Source of the DNA: Ascidiella aspersa
Lineage: Eukaryota
DNA: 64,000 nt
Reading direction: 5' to 3'
Assembly (NCBI GenBank): GCA_963924565.1
Contig: OZ004612.1
Span: 11,222,001 to 11,286,000 of the forward strand
Both the position numbers and the translations under genes were made by a program. Every line of letters begins with the position of its first letter. Positions within the stretch are counted from its first letter, which is position 1. The notes beneath the pieces were generated by a model, which was not told the origin of the DNA, did not search any database, and worked only from the letters and a program-made list of their open reading frames with translations. Below, piece by piece: positions 53,625 to 64,000 of this stretch.

Positions 53625-56600
53625 ATGGATTTTGTCCTGTTTATCGGCCTAGGTAATTTAGTTCACGCAGTGTTTTTCGCCTCGATATTTGATATTTACT
53701 ACAAGACGCCGCTGGTGCACGGAATGAAAGACCAGGTTCCAGATTACAACGCACCTGCAGAGCGCCTTGTGCTGTTCGTTGGCGACGGGCTAAGAGCTGA
53801 TAAACTGTACGAGCTTGACGAAAACGGACGAACAAGAGCTCCATACCTGAGGTAAGCGATTGATAAAAGTACCTGCGGCACGCGCTCGTTCAAGTATTAT
53901 ATTTGTAAAACTGTTTAACACAATTGACTATAGTTTGAATTTTGATTGGGCTGTGTGATAAACTGGCTTTCGTGCTGACTGCTGATGCATGTTTGGCAAC
54001 CAATGCTATACTGGCTTTAGAGCCTAAGCATGCTTGGCAGCTTGCAAAATAACTAATTGCAAATGACATCAATTTTTTAGTTCAACAACTTTTCGAAACT
54101 AAGCAACTAATTACACCAATCATTTTCTTTTGTTTATTGTCATCGTTTTTTTTGAGTGAATCTTTCTGTAGAAATTATTAAAAAAAGCTTTATATTGTAA
54201 TTTCGCAAAAATCATTTTTGAAGTCGCTACACGACATACCGTCCACTCGTACAGCCTTCAACCTATTGTCCTTTCGTTTTTTTATTATTGTGGAATGGTT
54301 GTTTTGCTGAACAGAAATGTCATTGAAAAGGAAGGTTCTTGGGGAATCTCGCACACACAACCACCGACTGAATCCCGCCCAGCACATGTTGCAATGACAG
54401 CAGGCTTTTTTGAAGACCCCAGTGCCATATATTTAGGTAACGTGCTTCGTTTTTGAAATTTCAAATAAAATAAAGGTATGGGCTGCCGTGATCAATATTG
54501 TCCTTTGTAATTTTTGTCAAAACCGTAAAACCTGGAATGAAAAAATGCGGGTCTATCTGTAGTAGGAAGACACTGCTGTATGTATTGTATAAAGTTACGC
54601 TGAGAAAACGATAGTTTTAGTGCCCACACAAGGAAATGGTTTTCTATAACCTACTCAGCTGGGCAGGCTTTGTTTTCTATTAAGGCTTCTACTTCTAGTT
54701 GTTTTAGCTTATAAACCGGATACACCATAAACTCAATAGTATATTTTGTGCAAAATGCATTTCGCACCACATGTATGTAACTAGAAATGGCTTTCAATAT
54801 AGTTTTCTAAGCAAAGGTATGTGTTATGCCGTCGGGTTAATATGTTTTTGTGTATACTATGCAACAGAACAGATGGTTGCTAGCCTAAATTCTCAGTCGA
54901 GTTTCATCAGCACGACAACTACTTCCTATTCAATTACGTCACTTTCCATGAAATAGCTATTGTTGTTCAAACTCATAAAAGGCCCATATTCAACCCATCG
55001 GGTGCTTTTTATTGGAGCACGTTATGTTTTATTTTGCGATATACGCGTTTAAACTGTAGTGGTCTACAAGATTTATTAGTCGCATTTTCTGCTAAACAAT
55101 GTTTTTTCCCACCAACCGGGGACCTTTTTCAAACAATCATGGTTCTCTTAGATTTTTCTGCAACCGTGGGTCGCATAACATTCTAACCGTAGTGAATTCC
55201 AATGTTGTAATGACCAAGACTAGACTTAAGTGCACTAAATAAGTCACTGTTTTCAATTTGACTGGCTTAAGTCATTTGAGAAAAATGACTTGACTTGACC
55301 TAAGTCTTTCGGGCAAATGACGACTGCACTTAAGTTTTTCGGATAAATGGTTTGGGTCAAAATGAAATGTTTTAATTAAGCCTTTTTTAAAGGGGTTATA
55401 TGGTAAAATATCTAAATTATTGGGGTTATATGGTAAAATATCTAAATTTTTCTACAAAAAAAGATTTGCTTGCTATATGTTAGGCTACGTTTTTGGTTAT
55501 TTTTTTAGTTGAGATATTGCTCGTAATCAAGATAGTTTAGCAATTTTGTGACATTAACGTTTAATTGCTATGCCAAGGTTTTGATTTGAAATTGACTTGC
55601 TATAATAATTTTACGAAATGATTTGACTGGGACTTAAGTCATTTCAAAATGGCTTGTCAACAACACTGAACCTATTTGTCTAAGCTATTGTTAGCTTGGT
55701 CCTAATTACCAGAAAGATGTGAACTATTTTTATTGTATATTTCGCATTGCATTTAAAATATTAGGAAATTATTCAGTCCTTATTAATGAGATTGGTTGAT
55801 TTCAGGTTTTAGCGACAACCCCGTAAAGTATGACAGCGTTTTCAACAAAAGTAGGACAACATGGTCGTGGGGAAGTTATGATGTTCTTCCAATAATTCTA
55901 GACGGTAAGACTATTTTTAGTATGAAATTAACATTTTAAAGAAAATGAGACATTTACTAAAAAACATATACGTGCTTGTTGTCAAAATAATGTTTCTAAT
56001 ATTAAACATAAAGGATCCCAACAATGTGTTTCGGTATAAATCCTGGCAATCAATACGTGCAAAAATTCGTTTATCTATCTTGATTAAAATCGTAGATTGT
56101 CAAGATGTTAATTTATTACGCGATTTTTCTTGTCGTGTTATTCCCCAACCTAACCGAATCCTCTAGGGCTTTCTGTGAAGGTTTATCAACGTAAAATAAG
56201 GAGCTAGAGGCGCATTACCATTATATTTTCGTTAACTATTTCAATAAAGCTAAGGAACTACTGTTGTTTTTTTAACTGTGATGAGTGGTAGTGGCGCATG
56301 TGACCTTTTACCCGGTTTTATACGACTCTTATGGTGATTTTGTTCAACATTGTAAAAGTGTTCGACAGTGGTTCTCAACCCTTTTTCCACGGCGCCCCGT
56401 TTAGCAATTGTCCGGTGAATTGCGCCCTCCTCAGATAATTTTTAAATGTCATATCAAATGCAGTTCTGTATTTCTCGGTTACATATCAGTGAGACAAAAC
56501 GGAAGGTACATCGTTAATCGTGTAAAGCGCAAACAAAATTGATTTCATTTGTTTTGATGGGCTAAGCGTTAATATAGGAGACTTGGCGCATTGGGCACAT

Positions 56601-59600
56601 AAAAAATTGCTCGTGCTCGATTTATTAACTTTTATTAAGCTGATTGTTCCAAACCTTGTTGTAAGGGAATTGTAGTTCTGTTTGGAAACCGCGTATATTG
56701 TCACCCGAAAATCGTAAAAGTAGTATACTTTGCCCAAATAATATTTGATTTTATTATTGCAGGCCTTCACCACGTTCATATTAATATCCACCCGAATAGT
56801 GTTTTGTGGATGTCGCAAAACGATTATTCAAAACTAGATGAGTGGGTGGTAGAAAAAGTTGCAAAGTTTTTAGAAGATGGAAAGACAAACGTGACGTTAA
56901 GAAAAAGCTTAATGCAAAACAAAATCATATTCTTTGTACATTTGGTTGGAATAGACACCCAGGGTCATCGATATAACCCGGATTCCGTGTAAGAAAATTG
57001 ATTTATTACGTTTGTTTTCGTACCAATACTTGCTTGGTGTAATGCAGTGGTTTCCAATTGTAAAGAAATTGTTACAGCTAAACAGGAAACTAAAAATAGG
57101 GGACTTGGAAACGGTTAAGCATTTTTTCGGCTAAACAATTTGTGCAATGAATAAATTATACTGGTATTATTTTGCAGGCAATATTTGTCTAATATCAAAG
57201 TTGTAGATAAAGGGATTCACAAGATGGTTGGTCTGTTTGAGGACTTCTATTCGCACGACAAAAAGACAAGCTACGTATTCACATCTGATCACGGAATGGC
57301 TGCCAAAGGTACGACTAACATAGGTTGCTTAGGTTGGTTATACAGTCTAGCATAAATAATAATAATTGTAATACTAGGCCTATATTGTAAGTGCTGAATA
57401 CAACGAGTCAAAGCGATGATGCTTTAATGCAAAAAAAAAAGAAGAAAAACACTAAAAATCGAGAAACAAAAGTTAATACGACAGTATGAACTATTGGCAA
57501 TGGATTGCCGCAAAGTGCGAATTATAGAGGCCTACTGGTCTCTAAACAAAAACGGATTTCGAATGTAAAGTTGTCTTTCGTATAGCTTTGTTGTACGGCA
57601 GAATAAATTGATTTCGTATTTTATTAAGTTTAGCATAACGGTTTAATACTGTACACCGAAAGCCATCGCAGACTCACCGAATCTGTTGATCTATGATGCA
57701 AGCAGACTAGAAAAACAACTAGCCCGCAGTGAGGTTCGAACTCACGACCTACGGTCAAGCCGGGACCGTCGCTCTATACCAACTGAGCTATGCAGGCTCA
57801 GAAGGAAACGAGTCGAGAAACAACCATGCGCCAATGCTTGCTCAATCAGTACAAGCAACCTTATAGAAGGGGATCCACAGTACCATATCATTTATTCAAT
57901 GAAACATTCACACATATGTGTGTTAATAACTGAGATCTAGCCCTTCGAAGCTGATTTTTGACCAAGGACTACGGCTTACGTATAATACAATTTTTAATAC
58001 ATCTTTTAAAGTTTTGTCGTTCGGTTGATAAGGCCAAAACATGTTTTCTTCGTCATACAAAAATAACAGTTACATGAAATGTATTGGTTTTCAAAAGTAA
58101 TGTTCTCTGAGTTAAGCAATACTCGTATTTTTATTGGTATACCTACATTTACTGTTTTAAAGGTGGCCATGGTGGAACATCGTGGAATGAAACCCAGTCA
58201 CCCTTCATTGCGTGGGGTGCCGGGCTGACAAAGCACCACTTAAAAAGTAATATACCGTCATCCGAAGTAAAACGGACTAGGTATGTATGGAGTTCTACAT
58301 ATGTTGCTTTCACTTTTTCCGTATTTATTACTGAGACTGTCATTTGTGCACATATAAGTATATGTTCAGTAGAAAGAGAGTGGCCCAAATAATAGATAAA
58401 AGATTCATTCTTTTATTAGCAAACGTTTCGGCAATTTCTTTTGCCATCATCAGTGCAGTAAAAATGAATCTTTTATCTATTATTTGGGCCACTCTCTTTC
58501 TACTGAAGATAATGAACAGGTCCGTGTTTAGTGTTCCTAAGTATATGTAGAGGGTGATTTAACATGAAAATGGCGTATAATTTCATTACGGAGGTGCAGC
58601 AGATCTACTTGAGCGTGGGTATTTCAACAATTCGTTGGTGTCACTGTCTATAATAGCTATTTTAATGCTTAATTGACTAAACCAGAGTTTCTTACACTTT
58701 TGCGGATTGCGCCCCTCGACTACATGTCAGTGATGCAAAATAAAAATACAAAAGTGGACAGGTAGTGCATGGTCGTGCAAAGCGCAAAAAAATGCGTTTA
58801 TTTAATTCAATTGGCTAAACTTTTATTTGTTTTGGAGACATGAAAAAGTCGCTCATTGCTCGTACTTGATATATTGTCCCGGTTTAGCCAAAGAGCCCAC
58901 CCTGATGGTTAAAACAGTGTGGTAAATAATTTAGTTTTCACTGTTTGAACGATGTTCTTTCGTTTTAGGTCTTGGAAACTTGATCCCGAGACCCGACACG
59001 ACGTTAGGCAAATCGACATTCCACCTCTGCTCTCGTCTCTCATCGGACTCCCGGTCCCGGTAAACTCCCTGGGGACTCTCCCGGTCCCGCACCTCGCCTT
59101 GGGCGAAGCGAAAAAATCGAAAATGCTCCTGGCGAACGCACGGCAACTGGCGGAGCTCTTTCTAACCAAGAAGAAGGTGGTGGAGGGCAACGCCGTACTC
59201 TACATTCCGTTTTGGAGCCTTAACGAAGGTATAATCGCTGACAGAGTGCGAGACATCATGGATCAAAACATTGCCAAAGAGTACCAGCTCGCGATCAAAA
59301 GAAGCTACAAGCTTATTGAACTTTCACAGGCCGGTTTCCATTATTACAACACCTACTGTTCCAACTTGTTATTGCTTTCCATAACGTTGGGCTTCGTCGG
59401 CTGGGCCCTGCTAACCCTGGACAGAATGCTGCTCGAAATCGGCTACGTAAAACGACAAGTCTGCAAAATCGACCCCTTTCAATCGCGTCAGTCGAACCGC
59501 CACGTCTTGCTCGGGTTTTTATTCCTGACCACGTGCCTAGCATTAAATCTGTTTCTGTCTCATGCGGACGCGACCTCCTACTTGTACTGCGTTTTAGTTG

Positions 59601-62363
59601 CAAGCATTTGGTACCTAGTTGTAATGCGTCGAACCACGTTCTACGTAGCGATTTGCAGCCTGAAGCAGAACGAAGTGATCCTGCGAAAGGTGGTGGGTTA
59701 CATTGCGATTGGAATGATTGGCGTATGGTCGTTGGTTCTCAGCTTCTCATACCGATACGTCCTCAGCATTCATCTGGTCGCAGTCGCCGTGCACTTTATC
59801 GCTCACTACAGAAGCCAACTAAGAATCTCGGCCGCAGCGCTTTGTCTCTTTTTATCCGTTTTCACTCTGCTACCGACAGTCGAACGAGAAAGCAGCCTGT
59901 GGTCTGTGACTGTGGCGGGCATCCTTGGCTCAGCTTTCGCCCTCCAAGCTGCCAGCAAGATCAAATTCAAGCCACTGCTCGCCCTGTCCGCTTTTCCGTT
60001 TTTTACGCAGCTTCTGATCCGCCTCTGTGCTTCAAACAGGTGGAACGCCCCAAGCTACGCGTATGTGTTCGCGTGGACCTTGTTGATTTGCGCATGGATA
60101 GTGCCGCTTCTTTTGACCACCAGACTGTTGCCTCGCCTTATCTGCATCTTGACGCTCCACTGTTCGGTGTTCTTATGCATGTGCTTGTCGTACGACGGCC
60201 TGTTTCTGGTGGTGCTATGTGCCTTGCTCGTGCTTTGGATTGCGCTGGAACGCGAGGCGTCGACTGCTGGATCCGCCAGTGGGCGCTCACGTAGCGGCGA
60301 CTTGGTAGACTTCGATTTTGCGCAGCCGGAACTTGCCTTTGGTGAGTATATGCCACGCGTTGTGGGACTAAGTAATTTGAGCCTTTATGTAAAGCTTAAC
60401 CGGTCTCCGACTAACAACAACGGATGTTAATAGCGTCAGTTCTAAATATTCCCGTGCCGTGTTTTTTAATTTGTGTTGCTTCTTGTACTTATTTTCGTGC
60501 CCCATACAATCGGCGCTATATTGCTTGTTGTTTCATACAATATTTCGTTTACATGTTTCCAGGTAAAAAAATTCAAAATCAAGTAAAAAACACAAAAATC
60601 AGTACGACGCGATATTACTTCTAAAAACGACTTACAATAAAACAGCATATAGCAAATAAAAACACACTAATCATAATTCATTATAGTCTATATGTGTATA
60701 AAACTGATATCGGCTTATATAATTTTCTGTAACAGATTATCCGACAACAATATCAGAACCCTCGTTTCACACGGCCAGGAGGTGCTACTTGTTCCTGTTT
60801 TTTACCGTCTTGGCCTTCTTTGGCGTCAGCGACATCATGAGCCTTAAGAGTTACAACTACGACGTTTTCCTTTTGTTTACGAGAAGTGCGCAACTACGTC
60901 GAACTGTTTTTCTGGCCTACAAGGTAATTCTGGTAGCAACAGCATATTTAAGGTAATTACAATTTGCTAGTATAGCCCTATACGGCTAAGAGGTTTTATG
61001 CTTGTGAAAAAAAACGGGATTCAATGTATTCTGTCCCAGGGGAGGATCCAGGAATTAACTTTAGGGGGAGGCGATTTGTTTGTTTTATTTTTTGACGATT
61101 TGCAAACCTTTTTTGTTTAATTACACGTAATTACGTCGGTTAAAACATGTATTGAAATTTACTTCCGTTTGGTGTTTCCTGTTTTGATAAATTCGTCAGT
61201 GAGAATTGCTATGTCCTGATATACATGCTTCACGATGAACCCGTAAGGCAAATTTTGCCGGTTTTTGTTTGCTATCTATTTTATTTCACCTATTTTGATC
61301 GATTAGAGCTAGTTCTGTTGGCAATGTATTTAGTTGGTTATTAAAAATATTGTTGAAACATTTTTCTCCTTTCACGGTATTTCTATACCTGGTATTCCTG
61401 GTTTTCGTGTGTAAGAAGTTCGCCGTCTATTAGGTGCTTAGTTACAAGCTTCCCTAAAACTAGTTTCCGACCAACAAATAACGTGCACCATTTGCAAAAT
61501 TTACTAATAATTTCGAGATGTTGTCATTTGAGTATTGGCCTACTTTCCTAGCGTTTGTAGGGGTAGGCTATATTTCAGGGTAGGCAAATTTTTCAGCAAC
61601 GCGAGCCGCGTTCTAAAATTGACAATTTTGAAGAGCCGCATATAATGGATAAAACTTTGTCAGATAGATTAAGTTTTTTCGTACCAACGCGTGAGATTGG
61701 GCTGTGGAGACCACAACAGAATTTTGAATAAATTATGGTAACAAATTCAGAATACTATGGATTTTTTATATCTTTTTTTTACAAAAATATCCGCGCATAT
61801 TATAAAAATGTTTTTAAAATAGGTGAAAACATCATTAAAATAAATGGTTTATTAGTTAAGAGAGTATATGGTGATATAAATAGTTGGTTACTGAACATGC
61901 AAACTCCGCAACGGGGCATTTGCGTTTTTTTATTGTTATTTGTTTTTCCTTTTTCAGGTTATAATGCCGTACATTCTTCTGGGATTTGCGTTTTCGGCCG
62001 TTCAAATGGTTACTGGTAGTAAATTTCAACATCTGGTTTGCACAGTCATGATTATCGCGGAGTTTATTAATGTCCATTTCCTCTTCATGGTAAGTTTCTA
62101 GACACAACAGAGCGGTTGAGTACATGCGGTTTTGTTTTATAACAGTATGGATTTTCCTCAACAGTGTTTTATTTGTTTTATTGAAATCATGGAGTGTTTT
62201 CTAGATCAAAACCGCGGCGCCTTGGACCGACATCGGGACCAGCATCGGAAATTACATTGTCAGCATCACCCTTCTTGCCACTGTCCTTGACTTTATACCT
62301 CTAGCCACGTTTCTTTTACGTTTCAGGTTTAAATCAAACGTACTGCGACTTGCGGCAAATTGA
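53625..62363 (+). CDS. PIGN: Divergent PIGN paralogue PIGN-B (GPI ethanolamine phosphate transferase 1-like); exons 53625-53851, 54315-54436, 55806-55904, 56763-56988, 57178-57308, 58163-58280, 58969-60341, 60736-60923, 61958-62089, 62205-62363; 924 aa
   Basis: Same 10-exon layout and phases as PIGN-A; exons 1, 2, 3, 5, 7 and 9 are identical in length. Motifs [41 protein letters not shown] and WTDIGTSI. Frame is open to TGA. Confidence 0.92.
57721..57797 (-). ncRNA. tRNA-like Pol III element (likely a tRNA-derived SINE head) with a non-canonical anticodon loop, in PIGN-B intron 5
   Basis: GCCTGCA TA GCTC AGTTGGTATA GAGC G ACGGT CCCGGCTTG ACCGT AGGTC GTGAG TTCGAAC CTCAC TGCGGGC T followed by AGTTGTTTTT. 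A and B boxes are intact; related decayed copies lie at ~62896-62940 and ~63021-63075. Confidence 0.65.
58418..58457 (-). ncRNA. Minimal type I hammerhead ribozyme motif (Penelope-like-element style) in the loop of a 45-bp perfect inverted repeat
   Basis: Minus strand reads tgca CTGATGA t GGCAA aagaaa TTGCC GAAAC GTT tgc t AATAAA. Arms 58365-58409 and 58463-58507 are exact reverse complements. Confidence 0.65.
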
Positions 62364-63020
62364 AATTCCTCGAAATCCAAACGTCGTTTCTTTTGTCCGA
62401 TCGTTATCCAGGCAATGTGTTTAGAAATGTATTTTGTCGACTTTCTGTGAGCATTTTTTGTACTGAATATTTCCACTGTGTCGTTGATGCCGATTTAAGA
62501 AAATACACATATTTAGTCATATAATTCATAGTATTTGTACGTTATACACTGTATACAGTATAATATTTAAAGCGTAATATTGAATGCTCTTTAGTCTTTG
62601 ACTAGCAAGTCCATAATGTATTATAAGTTTGATGCGATTCTGTAAAATATGAAAATCGTTATCGCAGAGAGCCTTCAAAAGAAAAATAGTGTTTTATGTG
62701 AAATCAAGCAAAAATTCTAACAATTAGACAACATTAGCAATAAACAACATATTTGCCAAAACATAGGGTCTACAAACACTACGTTTATTAACGATCAAAA
62801 TGCATTTCATAAATTCTTAAAGCATAGTACCCTAGTCTAAACCGGTGTCCTGCAGAGGGGCTAATTGATATCAGTTAATCAATTCGGCATTTTCGTGCAA
62901 GCAAGGCAAAAAACAACTAGCCTGTGGTGAGGTTCAAACGAGTTCGGCCGTTTAAACAGGATAGAGCAGGCAATGGTGTTCTGGTTGTGCTTCGACTTAT
63001 TTCCTTTATTTCTTTCCCCC

Positions 63021-63075
63021 TCTGTTTAGCTCAGTTTGTAGAGCGACGGTCCTGCTATAACGGAGGTCGTGGGTT
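63021..63075 (+). repeat. Truncated copy of the tRNA-like element family
   Basis: tagctcagtttgtagagcgacggtcc...aggtcgtgggtt aligns to the reverse complement of 57721-57797. Confidence 0.6.
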
Positions 63076-63960
63076 ACCGCTCTTCCACAAACTTAATATC
63101 CTGGTGGAACCTGCTAATTGCTATCACTTCATCTTAGATTACCGTACCAAGGTTTGAACAAAAACGACCTAATGGCTGAAGAGGGAGTAAATCTTTATAG
63201 TCGTCATCACACACAAATCCGTGATCTTGGAAGGATTATCTTCGGCTAATTCAGTGATTTTGGCTTTTATGTTTCCACGAACTTTCTGTGTTACTAAAGC
63301 AAATGATGGATAAGCAGGGGTTCTTTTCTGTCATGTCATAAACTGCACAAAACGTCCATCTTTGATGAATTAAAAATGAAATCAAAAATGCCTGCTTTCA
63401 CCTTATTTTTCCCAATTGTAGGCAAGGCTTTCACAAACTGCTTCATCAAGACAAGTTTGATGTGCAGTAGTGGATTGATAATTTCCTCTCTGGCACTCTG
63501 GCAATTAAAGGTTGATTGATAAGGCTAGCTTCACCAACTCTCGTGAATTTTCTGGTTTGCAACTCTTTGATTAACGTTATGTAGCAATGCAAACATTAAA
63601 CTTTTCGAACTGTCTATGAACAAGCGCCTCTCTTAAGATCTATATTTTAGCCCTCCCATTTTTAGCAGAAGCCCTTGGATGTCTTTGCAGTAAACAAATC
63701 CTCCTGCTTGCAAAACTATGGAACAATTATTTTTTCCTTAACGATAAAATGTTATGGAAGCTCTTGTTCCAAGACAGTTTTATTTTTAAGTCGGGATACC
63801 AAAGTTTCTGCTGCTTCTCAGAGTAGTTAAGGTCGTCGATGAGATTGCTCACCTCCTTGTGTTTAAACTCTGAAGTAGCTGAACTTCTTCCAAACACGCT
63901 TCCACCGCGATCACTTGTAGAGCTTTCATGGTTTCATATTCTTATTCATGTGATCAGAAG
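63075..63960 (-). mobile_element. Decayed DDE transposase, Chapaev3/CMC-like
   Basis: Fragments VYCKDIQGLLLKMG, RLFIDSSK, EIINPLLHIKLVLMKQFVKALP, KAGIFD and RFHQDIKFVEER, interrupted by stops and frameshifts. Family assignment is from motif recall. Confidence 0.7.
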
Positions 63961-64000
63961 CTCAAATCGTCATTCTGCTATTATTTCTATGGCTAAAGGA

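Overview
AT-rich, intron-containing animal DNA, probably an invertebrate chordate such as an ascidian (inferred, not proven). I reconstructed three intact protein-coding genes by hand from GT-AG splice sites with consistent phases: a 3-exon Fos-family bZIP gene (+, 18226-23108, 537 aa) and two head-to-head 10-exon paralogues of PIGN/Mcd4, the GPI ethanolamine-phosphate transferase 1. PIGN-A (-, 39349-48072, 925 aa) is canonical. PIGN-B (+, 53625-62363, 924 aa) keeps the catalytic and metal ligands but has remodelled conserved motifs around them. A decayed third PIGN fragment lies between the two. Fos sits in a ~37 kb gene-poor tract containing CpG-rich islands full of CRE/AP-1-type motifs and three tRNA-Arg(CCG) copies, one degenerate. 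Other elements: many hAT-type MITEs with 8-bp TSDs, decayed LINE-RT and Chapaev3-like transposase remnants, a tRNA-like cloverleaf with a 9-nt anticodon loop, a 198-bp near-perfect inverted duplication inside a MITE, and minimal hammerhead-ribozyme motifs in fold-back elements within PIGN introns.
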